The notes under the pieces: generated by a model
Databases searched by the model: none
The model's input: only the letters and a program-made list of their open reading frames with translations
What the model was told of the DNA's origin: nothing
Shown here: positions 20,401-30,219 of the stretch, piece after piece
Numbering within the stretch: the first letter of the stretch is position 1
Layout of the letters: every line of letters starts with the position of its first letter
Translations under genes and position numbers: made by a program
Virus record (IMG/VR): IMGVR_UViG_3300042319_002138
Span: 62,001 to 126,000 of that record
Direction: 5' to 3' (one strand)
Length of the DNA stretch: 64,000 nt

Positions 20401-20432
20401 GAAAAGGCTTTCGGGCCTTTTCTCTTTTTTTT
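20401..20432 (+). terminator. Intrinsic terminator after sheath
   Basis: GAAAAGGCT-TTCG-GGCCTTTTC followed by a T run. Confidence 0.85.
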
Positions 20433-20456
20433 AATATTTATAATAAAAAAGAAACT

Positions 20457-21011
20457 ATGTCAAAAATTATAACAAAAAGACAATTAAATACCTTAATCGA
20501 ATCTACATTAAAAGAGTATGTTCGAGACGAAGACGCTATTTACGCAATGCCAGGTGGTGAGGAATTTATGAACAAAATGGACCAAGAATACAATCCAAAT
20601 TCACCTTCTGAGTATCATAGAGATATTGATAAAAAGAATCAAGAAGCAGAAAAAAACAAGGCTAATACTAATGAAGACTATATGGAAGATAAAACTTGTT
20701 CTGAGTGTGGTGGAGTAATTAAAGAAGGTCTTTGTGAGTCTGGGTGTGGGTCACAAATGGAAGAAGGTAGTTACATGAAAGAAGACGAACTTGAGGAGGG
20801 TAACGCTTTTTCAGGAGCATTAGAAACAGCTAGAAAAGAAGGTAAAACTGAGTTTGAATTTAATGGTAAAACTTATCCTGTTGAGGGTGAGGATAAGGTT
20901 AAAGAATCAGTTAAAGATTTAGCCGAATCAGTTACAAAAACTTTTAACCCTTCATTCTTAACTGAAAATATGGATAACTTTAATAAGTTAATTAATTACA
21001 GAAACAAATAA
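20457..21011 (+). CDS. Acidic hypothetical virion / head protein
   Basis: LIESTLKE leader, CxxC pair, AFSGALETARKEGKTEFEFNGKTY motif; late motif upstream. Confidence 0.6.
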   Translation: MSKIITKRQLNTLIESTLKEYVRDEDAIYAMPGGEEFMNKMDQEYNPNSPSEYHRDIDKKNQEAEKNKANTNEDYMEDKTCSECGGVIKEGLCESGCGSQMEEGSYMKEDELEEGNAFSGALETARKEGKTEFEFNGKTYPVEGEDKVKESVKDLAESVTKTFNPSFLTENMDNFNKLINYRNK

Positions 21012-21022
21012 AAAAAAATAAA

Positions 21023-21622
21023 ATGAGTAAGATTAGATATAAAATCAGAAAAGAACAACTAGAAAGAGTTGTGGAATCTTTTGTAATGGAATCTACAGAA
21101 GGTAAGATGATAGTTAAAGACGCTGCCAAAAAACATAAAATGAATATGGGAGCTGAACAAAATGATGATATGGGTGATGGAATGAAAAAAGCTCCTGTAT
21201 CTAAAAAACACAAAATGAAACAAGCTCCTGAAGTTAAGAAAAACATTCATGGAAAAGTTTCTGAATCTAGAATGGCAGAAATTAAAAACATAATGGAAAC
21301 TTATGGAATTACTGAAGACGAACTAGAAGAAGGTATGATTTTTAAAACACCAGAAGAACTTATGGCTAGAGGACAAAAAATAATTTCTATGGACTCAAAC
21401 GCTGAAAGAATTTACAACACTATTAAAAGAGATGAAAGTAAGTATGGTGAAAACTCAGCTAATAAATATTTAATATTTATTGGAAAAAGTAAGGGTAGAA
21501 TGCTTTACGCTACTTGGGATAAAGGTCTTATGGCTCCAGATAAAACAATGGGTTATTGGATTGAAAGAGGTAAACCTAGAAGTGGTTATGACAAATCTAC
21601 TGGTAGTGGAACCGAACTATAA
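21023..21622 (+). CDS. Hypothetical protein (probable head cargo)
   Basis: 199-aa ORF; KEQLERVVESFVME leader. Confidence 0.6.
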   Translation: MSKIRYKIRKEQLERVVESFVMESTEGKMIVKDAAKKHKMNMGAEQNDDMGDGMKKAPVSKKHKMKQAPEVKKNIHGKVSESRMAEIKNIMETYGITEDELEEGMIFKTPEELMARGQKIISMDSNAERIYNTIKRDESKYGENSANKYLIFIGKSKGRMLYATWDKGLMAPDKTMGYWIERGKPRSGYDKSTGSGTEL

Positions 21623-21626
21623 AATT

Positions 21627-21656
21627 ATAAAAACCCCTTTTAAAGGGGTTTTTTTA
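21627..21656. terminator. Bidirectional intrinsic terminator
   Basis: AAAAACCCCTTT-T-AAAGGGGTTTTT between convergent genes. Confidence 0.8.
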
Positions 21657-21974
21657 TTTATCACCGTTAAGTCCCTCAAAAAATTTATAATGGTCTTCCA
21701 ATGACATGTTATTTACATGTACAATATCTGAGTACAATTGGTACTTGTTATTGAAAAATAAACCTGACAATAAAAAAACAATAAAAAAAGGTAGTGTGAC
21801 GTTCATTGGTGTCATAGTTAACATAGTTAAGGTGACAAAAGACAAACCAAAAGAATGTTTTGTAATTAAACCAAGAATATTTTTTTTACGCAAATTACTT
21901 TCTTTTTGCTTTTTGTACTCAATCTCCTGTTCAGGGGTTAGTCTAAATTGTTCTTTAAAATCTTCTAGTGTCAT
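21654..21974 (-). CDS. Small membrane protein
   Basis: Two adjacent hydrophobic segments; TATATTTG promoter element on the minus strand at 21994-22001. Confidence 0.6.
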   Translation of the reverse strand: MTLEDFKEQFRLTPEQEIEYKKQKESNLRKKNILGLITKHSFGLSFVTLTMLTMTPMNVTLPFFIVFLLSGLFFNNKYQLYSDIVHVNNMSLEDHYKFFEGLNGDK

Positions 21975-22039
21975 AACTTTATCTATTTTTTATCAAATAT
22001 AACAATATTTATCTATATATCATAAATATTTTAAAAAAT

Positions 22040-22900
22040 ATGAAAAAAATTATTTTAACAGAATCACAAAAAATAAAACTACAACAATATCTTAAAGAAG
22101 AAAAAAATATTCGTATGTATGTTTTTGATTGGGATGACAACATTTTAAGGATGCCTACAGAGGTTAAAATGGAGAAGAATGAAAACGGTAAGTGGGTCCC
22201 ATTAAGAGTTTCCACAGAAGATTTTGCTCATTTTAGAACTGACCCTAATTATAGAACAACCCCTGATTCATTTTCCGATTTTACAAATAATGAGGCTTTT
22301 TTAATTGACGCAAAAAAAGCTATTAATAATAAAAGTTTTGCACCAAGTTACAAAAAATTTATTGAATCATTAATATACGCAAACCCATTCGCAATTAATA
22401 CTGCTAGGGGTCATAGTCCAAACACATTAAAAGAGGGGGTAAAACTTTTCATTCAAACGGTATTAAGTGATGATGAAAAAATGATGATGATTAATAATAT
22501 CAAAAAAGAATTACCACAAAGTTTAGTAAAAGGATTAAACAATAAACAATTAATAGATTTATATTTAGATGAGATGGGTGAGTTTTACCCTGTTACTTCT
22601 GAAGAGTTTGGTGATAGGTTTGGCCTTAATGTAAAAGGTGGGGCTTCAAATCCTGAAAATTCTAAAAAAGTGGCTATTGCTCACTTTGTAGAAAAGGTGT
22701 TTAAAAACGTAGAAAAATTAATCCAAAGTGGTGAATATACAAAAGTATCTTTTGGTTTTTCTGATGATGATGTTAGAAATGTTAAAGCTACGGTTGAGTT
22801 ACTGGAAGATGAATTATCTAAAATGTATCCTGAAATACACTTTGTTATATATGATACATCTGACGGTGGGAATAAAAAAATAGTTATTGAGAAAGAATGA
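22040..22900 (+). CDS. HAD-superfamily hydrolase-like protein with N-terminal leader
   Basis: VFDWDDNI (motif I), INTARGH (II), K, FSDDD (IV); MKKIILTESQ…LKEE leader. Confidence 0.65.
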   Translation: MKKIILTESQKIKLQQYLKEEKNIRMYVFDWDDNILRMPTEVKMEKNENGKWVPLRVSTEDFAHFRTDPNYRTTPDSFSDFTNNEAFLIDAKKAINNKSFAPSYKKFIESLIYANPFAINTARGHSPNTLKEGVKLFIQTVLSDDEKMMMINNIKKELPQSLVKGLNNKQLIDLYLDEMGEFYPVTSEEFGDRFGLNVKGGASNPENSKKVAIAHFVEKVFKNVEKLIQSGEYTKVSFGFSDDDVRNVKATVELLEDELSKMYPEIHFVIYDTSDGGNKKIVIEKE

Positions 22901-23016
22901 GGTTAATTTTAATAATATTAGGTGTCACTATTTTATTTTCTTGTAAAAGTACAAGAAATGGTGATTGTGATGCTTACAGTAAAAATGAAGTAAAAAGTGA
23001 AGTTAATCAGATGTAA
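22897..23016 (+). CDS. Small lipoprotein (39 aa)
   Basis: Hand translation MRLILIILGVTILFSCKSTRNGDCDAYSKNEVKSEVNQM; LFSC lipobox; ATGA overlap with the upstream stop. Confidence 0.65.
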   Translation: MRLILIILGVTILFSCKSTRNGDCDAYSKNEVKSEVNQM

Positions 23017-23941
23017 TACTTGTGAAGATGTTGTTAGATTAGTACATACTAAGTGGAAGACTTGTGAATGTGGTAAATCTGGTGGTCAATACAATGACGA
23101 TTTAATTAGTGCTACTATCGGTGGTGACTGTGAAGTTATAGGTTTAAGAAATGATTTTTTTAAAGAACAACCATTTTCTAAAAAAAGAAATGGTAAAGAC
23201 GTAATCATACAAGGTGAATACTTGGGTGATAATCAGATACACAGAATCAAATCAGGAAAAGGACCAAAATTAAAAATGGAAATTAAAGATAATGGTGATG
23301 GAACACATGATATTATCTTTAAAGATAAACGAGATTATACTGTAAATGTAAAAGGTAGTGATAAAAAGCCCAAAGAACTAAAGGGGGTAACATCTAATAC
23401 CGAACCAAGTTTTAAAGATAAAAAGGTTAAAAAAGAATCTTTTATTTCTATTAAAAAAATAATTAAAGAAGAGATGGAAGATTTTGAATGGACAAATCAA
23501 ATAGACCCATTAGAAAACTTTAAGGAATTCTTTTACGGTACTGGTGAATACGAATCTAATAGAAAAAATTCTCCAGGTATTTATATTGCTCGTGATATTA
23601 AATGGTGGTACAATTGGATTCATGAGATTGAAATGTCTCACGCCAGTTTTTTAGAAGATATTGAAGACTTAAATAACATGGTACATGACTTAGTTAATCC
23701 AATAGATGGTTCAGAAAAATATCGAATCTTAGCTATAGACGTATATTCTTACCTTTCACCCACAAGACATTTAGGTGGTAAAAATTATTTACAAGATTCA
23801 GCTAGAACAATAGTTGATGGTTATGAAACATTAGGTCTTTTTGCTAAAAAAAATAATTTAACTCTTTTAGAAACTTTATTTATTTTTGAACAGTTCTTGG
23901 ATAAAATGCGTCATGAAGGTAAACCTTTACACAAAAATTAA
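22997..23941 (+). CDS. Hypothetical protein with N-terminal Zn-ribbon; probable two-part fusion
   Basis: CNTC…CECG; internal IKKIIKEEMEDFEW leader-like segment; GTG start. Confidence 0.55.
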   Translation: MKLIRCNTCEDVVRLVHTKWKTCECGKSGGQYNDDLISATIGGDCEVIGLRNDFFKEQPFSKKRNGKDVIIQGEYLGDNQIHRIKSGKGPKLKMEIKDNGDGTHDIIFKDKRDYTVNVKGSDKKPKELKGVTSNTEPSFKDKKVKKESFISIKKIIKEEMEDFEWTNQIDPLENFKEFFYGTGEYESNRKNSPGIYIARDIKWWYNWIHEIEMSHASFLEDIEDLNNMVHDLVNPIDGSEKYRILAIDVYSYLSPTRHLGGKNYLQDSARTIVDGYETLGLFAKKNNLTLLETLFIFEQFLDKMRHEGKPLHKN

Positions 23942-23948
23942 TAGAATA

Positions 23949-23977
23949 TAAAAAAAGGGTCCGAAGACCCTTTTTTA
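23949..23977. terminator. Bidirectional intrinsic terminator
   Basis: AAAAAAGGGTC-CGAA-GACCCTTTTTT. Confidence 0.85.
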
Positions 23978-24664
23978 TTTTTTCTTGACTTTACCAATTA
24001 CCTCATCAATAATACCATATTCCAAAGCTTCATCAGAGCTTAACCATAAATCACGTTGAGCGTCTTTTTCAACTTGTGAAGGTTTTTTACCACAATACTC
24101 ACCCAAAAGTTCAAACAACAATTTGTTTGTTTTTTCCCATTCAATCATAGTAATACGTGCGTCTTGGATATTACCCCCAGCACCACCACTAGATTGGTGT
24201 AACATTGTTTTTGAAAAACGTAGAGAACTTCTCATACCTTTTGTACCCGCTCCTAAAAGGACTGAACCCATTGAAGCTGCCATACCCGTGTTAATTGTTT
24301 GGATTTTTGTGTCAATATAGTTCATTACGTCAACCATAGAGAGACCTGATTTAACAGAACCACCTGGACTATCAATGTGCATTGTGATTGTTTTCTTTGG
24401 GTCTTGTTGTGACAAGAAAAGAAGTTGTGCCTGTACCGTGATAGCCATTCTATCATCAACAGGACCAGCACACCAAATAATTCTATCCATCATCAATCTA
24501 TCGAATACTGACATTGCTGCAACGTTCATCTGACGTTCTTCAATAATTGTTGGGGTAACTGAACCAATCACGTTTGGTATTGCTGATTGAAAATTTTGGT
24601 AGTCGTGTAGGGTTTGTGAGCCAATACCCATATGCTTTATTGCATATTTATCAAATTCTGTCAT
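23975..24664 (-). CDS. clpP: ATP-dependent Clp protease proteolytic subunit
   Basis: IDSPGGSV, GMAASMGS (Ser), MLHQ (His), RDLWLSSDEALEYGIID. Confidence 0.95.
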   Translation of the reverse strand: MTEFDKYAIKHMGIGSQTLHDYQNFQSAIPNVIGSVTPTIIEERQMNVAAMSVFDRLMMDRIIWCAGPVDDRMAITVQAQLLFLSQQDPKKTITMHIDSPGGSVKSGLSMVDVMNYIDTKIQTINTGMAASMGSVLLGAGTKGMRSSLRFSKTMLHQSSGGAGGNIQDARITMIEWEKTNKLLFELLGEYCGKKPSQVEKDAQRDLWLSSDEALEYGIIDEVIGKVKKK

Positions 24665-24725
24665 ATTTTATCTTTTATTATTTTTTTCTTAAAACAAGAA
24701 TATTTATAATAAAACAATTTGTCAA

Positions 24726-27146
24726 ATGAAAAAACCTAATTACGATAATGCTTTAACTCTTTTGTTTGAAAATAAAGAAAGCAATGAATTAGAATACAAC
24801 ATACTTACCCTTGAGGGTGAAGACTTATATAGAGAACTAGCTTTTATTTTAACAGAACTTTCATTAATTGATAGGAATAGTGGTAAAAAAATTATTTCTG
24901 AAGGTGAAAGAAGATTAATGGAAGAAAGTTTCATGTCTAGTTTAAGAGATTCATGGAAAAATTTATGGGGAACTGCTAATAAACAAGCTCAACAAAATAC
25001 AGGGAAAAATTTAACAGCACAACAACAACAAGCAATACAACAATCTCAAAAAGCTGTAGCTGATGCTACTCAAATATGTATCGAAAGAAAAGAAGCTGAT
25101 TGGGAAGTTTATGGTACCGATAAAACCGACAAGAGTGAGGAAGCTAAAAAGGTTTGGATGCAGAAACAAATTAAATCTTGTGTTGAGGAAGTTCTTAGAG
25201 GTAGTAAAGGACAATCTATTATTGGTAAATTGGGAGATTTTTTACGTGATACTGTAGTTGGTAAAGTTTTAGTTGGTGTTATTGCTATAGGTGCTATGGC
25301 TTATGTAACAGGAGCTATTGGTTCACATACTAAAACTACTACAAAACAAGTTGATGACGGTAATGTAGATGTTTCTGATAGTGTAGTTAAAAACGCTTCT
25401 GATAGTACTTTAGATAATCAAGTACATGTTAAGGTTAATCCTGATGGTGGTATAGTTAAAGTTAAGGTTGGTTCCGATGGTAGTACCGTTGGTGTAATAG
25501 AAAGGGACCACGGAGTTACCGATTTAAAACCTGACCAAGTACAACAAGTTGCTGACAATATTATTAAAACAATAAAAGATGTTAACAAAGACCCAGACTT
25601 AGGTGGGAAACAAGTTAAATCTATCACATTAAAATTCCATTCTGATAAATCTAATACTGATGGTAATGCTGATTCTGACAATGATGGTGTTCCTGACAGT
25701 AATGATTGTAAGGGAGGACCTTGTGCTGAAACACATAATCAGAAAACTATTGACTCTGTTTTGAAATTAGTAAAACAAGGTTTAGAAAAAGATGGTATTA
25801 CAACAAAAGTTAAAGTTAAATCAGAAATTGGTGGTTTAGCTAAAGACCAAGTAAGTAAAAATAGTACTGACGCGAAAGCGGAACAAGGAACTACTGTAAG
25901 TGTCGATGGTATAGATGCCCCTATTAAAACTGTTAAAGATACTAGTTTTCAACAAGGACCTTATGGACCATTAGTGGATAACCCACCAGCACCAGTTCCT
26001 AAAGCTTGTTATTTAGTTTTAAATGGTAAAAAAGTTACTTTAGGTAATGGTGATTACATTTATTTCTACGGTAAGTTAGTAAATAAAAAAATACAAACAA
26101 AAAAAGACGGTCAGACATTTGAAGGTATGATTATTAAAGGTAGTGAAGCTGCTGGAGATACTGATTATGATTTAAAAGTATTGGGTGGATTCACACTTGA
26201 GGAAAATGCTTCTGGAATAAATAAAGGTAGATATCTATCTGTACAAGTTAATAAACCTGAAGGTATTAAAGGTATGTATTTAATTGCATGTGGTACTGAA
26301 GGTGAAGGTGGTCAAGGTGGAGAAGACGTTGGCAGAGGTGAGGACAAACCTATTAAAGGTGGTGATGAACCAATACAAGGTGACGAACCAATTGTAGAAC
26401 CTATGGTACCAACTGATTTCTTACAAGGTAACAGAAATATGCAATTAGCTTATTTGGCTAGTAACTTCTTACCTGAAGGAAAAGATTTTTGGTCAAACAT
26501 GTACATTAAAAAAGGAACAGTAATCCCTAGTGGGTTTTTAGATGCCGCTCTAAACCAAGGTAAATATGACCCTGAAAAATATTTAACAGCTTTTTATAAT
26601 AAACTTAAAAAAGATAATTCACTTACTAGAGATATTAATCTTGGTGCGTGGTTAGCTAAAGTACGTAGTACAGAAAATTTAGGTTTAATAAAATGGGTTA
26701 GGAATACAAGAAAAGGTATTGGTAGTTTTATTAAAAATTTACAAAAATCATTCCCTGAGTTTGGTATTGGTAAAAGACAAAAAGCTAAATCTGTTAGACC
26801 AGGTGCTGAAGGACAAGCTATGGGATTGGCAGGTGAATCTTTAAATGGTAGAGTTGATTTAATTAATGAATTAAGTGGTTCCGCTGAACAAGCTGGTTTT
26901 GACCAAAATCAGTTTATGAAAAATTTACCACAATTTATGGCTATGTTAAGTGCAATGTATTACAGCGTTGGGGGTACTAAATTACCGTACGACAAGGAAG
27001 CTGTATTACAAAAATGTAAAAAATATGGATGTAAAACAGGTGGTGGTACCAAATATAAGAAAACAAAGTCAGATGACTATAAATTTTTAGAATCTAATTC
27101 ACCTTTAAAAGAAGAATTAAATAGAATAAAAAAGTTGATGAAATAA
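24726..27146 (+). CDS. Large hypothetical virion protein with one predicted TM segment
   Basis: VLVGVIAIGAMAYVTGAIG hydrophobic stretch, DSDNDGVPD Ca-binding-like motif, C-terminal LKEELNRIKKLM; late motif upstream. Confidence 0.55.
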   Translation: MKKPNYDNALTLLFENKESNELEYNILTLEGEDLYRELAFILTELSLIDRNSGKKIISEGERRLMEESFMSSLRDSWKNLWGTANKQAQQNTGKNLTAQQQQAIQQSQKAVADATQICIERKEADWEVYGTDKTDKSEEAKKVWMQKQIKSCVEEVLRGSKGQSIIGKLGDFLRDTVVGKVLVGVIAIGAMAYVTGAIGSHTKTTTKQVDDGNVDVSDSVVKNASDSTLDNQVHVKVNPDGGIVKVKVGSDGSTVGVIERDHGVTDLKPDQVQQVADNIIKTIKDVNKDPDLGGKQVKSITLKFHSDKSNTDGNADSDNDGVPDSNDCKGGPCAETHNQKTIDSVLKLVKQGLEKDGITTKVKVKSEIGGLAKDQVSKNSTDAKAEQGTTVSVDGIDAPIKTVKDTSFQQGPYGPLVDNPPAPVPKACYLVLNGKKVTLGNGDYIYFYGKLVNKKIQTKKDGQTFEGMIIKGSEAAGDTDYDLKVLGGFTLEENASGINKGRYLSVQVNKPEGIKGMYLIACGTEGEGGQGGEDVGRGEDKPIKGGDEPIQGDEPIVEPMVPTDFLQGNRNMQLAYLASNFLPEGKDFWSNMYIKKGTVIPSGFLDAALNQGKYDPEKYLTAFYNKLKKDNSLTRDINLGAWLAKVRSTENLGLIKWVRNTRKGIGSFIKNLQKSFPEFGIGKRQKAKSVRPGAEGQAMGLAGESLNGRVDLINELSGSAEQAGFDQNQFMKNLPQFMAMLSAMYYSVGGTKLPYDKEAVLQKCKKYGCKTGGGTKYKKTKSDDYKFLESNSPLKEELNRIKKLMK

Positions 27147-27211
27147 AAATAAAATATTTTATCAGCATATTTATAATTAAACATAACAAAAAATTAAAAA
27201 AAAATTAAACT

Positions 27212-27700
27212 ATGGCAGATTTGTTAATGAGAATGCCTGTTCCTTACGAACCAAAGAAAAAGAATAGGTTTATATTTAGATTCCCTACACCATTGGGTAT
27301 CCAAGAATGGTTTGTATCAACAGGTGCTAGACCGACTTATACAGCAGAAGAAACTGAGATTCAATTCTTAAATACTTCTACTTTTGTAATTGGTAGATTT
27401 ACTTGGGAAACAATCGATGTTACTTTCCGTGACCCAATCGGTCCTTCAGCTACTCAAGCACTTATGGAGTGGGTTCGCCTTCACTCTGAATCTGTTACAG
27501 GTAGACAAGGTTACGCAGCTGGTTACAAGAAAGATGTAGAGTTGGAGTTGTTAGACCCAACAGGAGTTGTTATCGAAAAGTGGATTCTACAAGGTACAAT
27601 GATTACTTCAGCTAACTTTGGTGATTTGGATTACTCTTCATCAGATATCGCTGATATCTCTGTTACTTTAAGATTTGACAGAGCAATTAGTGTATTCTGA
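27212..27700 (+). CDS. Tail tube protein (gp19-like)
   Basis: YEPKKKNRF, WETIDVTFRDPI, YKKDVELELLDPTGVVIEKW, FGDLDY. Confidence 0.9.
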   Translation: MADLLMRMPVPYEPKKKNRFIFRFPTPLGIQEWFVSTGARPTYTAEETEIQFLNTSTFVIGRFTWETIDVTFRDPIGPSATQALMEWVRLHSESVTGRQGYAAGYKKDVELELLDPTGVVIEKWILQGTMITSANFGDLDYSSSDIADISVTLRFDRAISVF

Positions 27701-27723
27701 TATTTCTTTATTGAACATAAATT

Positions 27724-27763
27724 ATACCCCTTTTATAAATTTTTATATGAAAGGGGTATTTTT
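27724..27763. terminator. Inverted repeat / terminator between convergent genes
   Basis: ATACCCCTTT…AAAGGGGTAT followed by Ts. Confidence 0.65.
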
Positions 27764-28211
27764 ATTTACTTATTATCCTAAAACCAATTAATTTTTTATT
27801 AAAAGTATTATCTCCTACTAAAAAATTTTGACTTTTATGATATAAACCTATATTGAATATTACTAAACGGTTTAATTTATTTTCAACTAATTGTTCATCA
27901 GCACCATCAAAGAAAATAGTACCTCCATTTGGTACTTCATTTAAATAAATAAACATTTTATATTTTTCATTACGTATTTTTTTATCTAAATGTTTATTTA
28001 CCGGTTCTGAGTTATTTGTCTTTGTTACATTATTATATAGACCAATCCAATCAGAATTTATATTTTGTATTTTTTCTTTATTTTCTTCCCAAAAATTATT
28101 AACAAAATTTTTATCACCAATAATACCTTGTCCATAAAAATTATCAATGTAGTCTTGGCAAGTTTTTAAAACTTCATCAGATAAAAAATTGTCTATATAA
28201 ATAACGTCCAT
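27762..28211 (-). CDS. 2OG-Fe(II) oxygenase
   Basis: HLD, FIYLN, GGT and distal His (LYHKS). Confidence 0.75.
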   Translation of the reverse strand: MDVIYIDNFLSDEVLKTCQDYIDNFYGQGIIGDKNFVNNFWEENKEKIQNINSDWIGLYNNVTKTNNSEPVNKHLDKKIRNEKYKMFIYLNEVPNGGTIFFDGADEQLVENKLNRLVIFNIGLYHKSQNFLVGDNTFNKKLIGFRIISK

Positions 28212-28231
28212 ATTTATAAATATTTAATGAT

Positions 28232-28264
28232 AAAAAAAAAGACCCTTTTGGGTCCCTTTTTTTT
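28232..28264 (-). terminator. Intrinsic terminator after the peptidase gene
   Basis: GACCC-TTTT-GGGTC flanked by A and T runs. Confidence 0.6.
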
Positions 28265-29279
28265 AATAATCATATCTGAAATACTCTTCATTATCTGTTC
28301 CGTAATTTACGATTGAATAACCTCCATTAAATTCATCATAATCCCATAGGTCAGAAAAATCTTCATCATCCTTGTAATGATAATCTAAGTCATTGTCATC
28401 ATTATCCTCATCGTAAAACAAGTCTTCTTTTTCTGTTAGAATAGTTTTAGTATTTTCTTTCTTCACAGGAGCCCAAGAAGTTGATACGTAACTAACAATT
28501 GGGTCTTCAACTCTTTCGTAGAAGTTTTCACCAAGAGTTTTATGAAGTTTAAGACCTAATTCAAAACCATTTTGAACCTCGTCAATAACAACATACTCAT
28601 TTGCTGTGTGGTAACGGTGATAACCTGCTGCCAAGTTCAAACACGAGAAACCAAACTTCTCCATCAAAGGCCAAATATCAGTATAAGGGTGACGTTCCCA
28701 ATGTGTGATACCGTGTTCAGTGATAAGACCACCTACTTTTGAGCCAAATTCAGATTTTTTACCAAAAAGTTGTTTACCCATAAGTGTCATACTCATTGAG
28801 TCTCCTTCAGGTGAATCATACTGAATAGCGTAACCAACATTTTTAAAGAACTCAGGGTCAGCTTGGCGTGAACCAACACAACCTACTTCTTCCGATACAA
28901 AGAATGCTGCTTTAACGTTGTCCAATGTATCCAACATTTCAAGACAAAGATAAACACCACACTTATCATCACCACCAATACCGGATGGTTTCATAGTTTC
29001 TTTATCGATACCAGTAAGAATAACTCTACCGTTTTCTTCTAATTGAACTACTTTAAAGTTTGGGTTAACTTTGTGGACAGTATCCGTGTGTGATACAAAA
29101 CAAGGGTACCATTCAGCTTTACCTTTAGTAACATAGATATTACCGATTTTATCTGTGTAATGCTCAAAACCTTTTTCTGTCAAGACATTTTGTAAGTAAG
29201 TAATCATCAACTCCTCATCACCTGAGTATGTAGGTACTGATAATACTTCTTTTAATCTTTGTAATTTTCTATCTTCCAT
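28263..29279 (-). CDS. M20/M28-family zinc peptidase
   Basis: SHTDTV, GGDDKCG, SEEVG, YH motifs; acidic tail. Confidence 0.85.
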   Translation of the reverse strand: MEDRKLQRLKEVLSVPTYSGDEELMITYLQNVLTEKGFEHYTDKIGNIYVTKGKAEWYPCFVSHTDTVHKVNPNFKVVQLEENGRVILTGIDKETMKPSGIGGDDKCGVYLCLEMLDTLDNVKAAFFVSEEVGCVGSRQADPEFFKNVGYAIQYDSPEGDSMSMTLMGKQLFGKKSEFGSKVGGLITEHGITHWERHPYTDIWPLMEKFGFSCLNLAAGYHRYHTANEYVVIDEVQNGFELGLKLHKTLGENFYERVEDPIVSYVSTSWAPVKKENTKTILTEKEDLFYDEDNDDNDLDYHYKDDEDFSDLWDYDEFNGGYSIVNYGTDNEEYFRYDY

Positions 29280-29301
29280 AGTGTGTTTTTTAATTATAAA
29301 G

Positions 29302-29332
29302 CAAATATACGTTATGTTTTTACTTTGGCAAA
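29302..29332 (-). promoter_or_regulatory. Bacteroidota-type promoter (-33 TTTG, N19, -7 TATATTTG)
   Basis: CAAATATA at 29302-29309 and CAAA at 29329-29332 on the + strand, 19 nt apart, upstream of the peptidase start. Confidence 0.65.
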
Positions 29333-29457
29333 ATTTTTGTTGAAAAAAAATTAAAACTTTTTCTATTTATAGAGAAATGAATAAATCTTTACTTTGTTAA
29401 TAAAGGGTTTAAGATTAAAATATAAAATAATATAAAATATAAAAAAAAGTTTTTAAA

Positions 29458-30219
29458 ATGTCAAATCAAGAAAACGAATTTAATTTTGATGCTCCATTCG
29501 ATGTACTAGAGTTACCATCAAAAGGATTATTGTACCCAGGTAGACCATCTACGGTTAGGGTAGAATATCTTACTGCTTCCGATGAGAATATTTTAACTTC
29601 ACCAAACTTAATTAAAAGTGGTAAAGTTTTAGATATTCTTCTACAAAAGAAAATTAAAAGTACAGAAATCTCTTTAGACCAAATGTTAGTTGGTGATAGA
29701 AACTCCATTATGATTTGGTTAAGAGCCACAGGATATGGTGAAATGTATCCAGTTAAAATGATGGACCCTGAAACAGGTGATGAATTTGAAACAGAAATTG
29801 ATTTGTCTGCTTTAGGTACAAAAGAATTAACTGCTGAACCAGATGAAAATGGTGAGTTTGACTTTTTCTTACCTAGAAGTAAAAAGAAAATTAAATTTAA
29901 ATTGTTAACTGTTTCTGATGAATCTTCTATCAGTAAAAAAACAGACCAAAGAAACAAAGCAACAAAATCTTTAATTAGTAACGCTTTAACATATAGATTA
30001 CAGGCACAAATTAAAGAAATTGACGGTAACAGAGACCCTGCTTTCCTTGCTAAGTTTATTGAAGTTATGCCAGCTTTTGATTCTCTAAAGTTTAGAGAAT
30101 ATTCAGACGAAATTGAGCCAGGAATAGAACTGGAGGTGGACGTGGAGGGACCATCTGGTCCATTTCGTAGTCCCTTTAACATTGGACTCAACTTTTTTTG
30201 GCCTAACGCTAGAGTATAG
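29458..30219 (+). CDS. Baseplate hub assembly / tail assembly chaperone (T4 gp26-like)
   Basis: LPSKGLLY, LTASDENIL, GDRNSIMIWLRATGYG, C-terminal FFWP; lies between tube and tape measure. Confidence 0.7.
   Translation: MSNQENEFNFDAPFDVLELPSKGLLYPGRPSTVRVEYLTASDENILTSPNLIKSGKVLDILLQKKIKSTEISLDQMLVGDRNSIMIWLRATGYGEMYPVKMMDPETGDEFETEIDLSALGTKELTAEPDENGEFDFFLPRSKKKIKFKLLTVSDESSISKKTDQRNKATKSLISNALTYRLQAQIKEIDGNRDPAFLAKFIEVMPAFDSLKFREYSDEIEPGIELEVDVEGPSGPFRSPFNIGLNFFWPNARV

Noticed and set aside
29466-30191. 241-aa minus-strand ORF
   Set aside because: Antisense shadow of the gp26-like gene; Ser-rich with no motifs.
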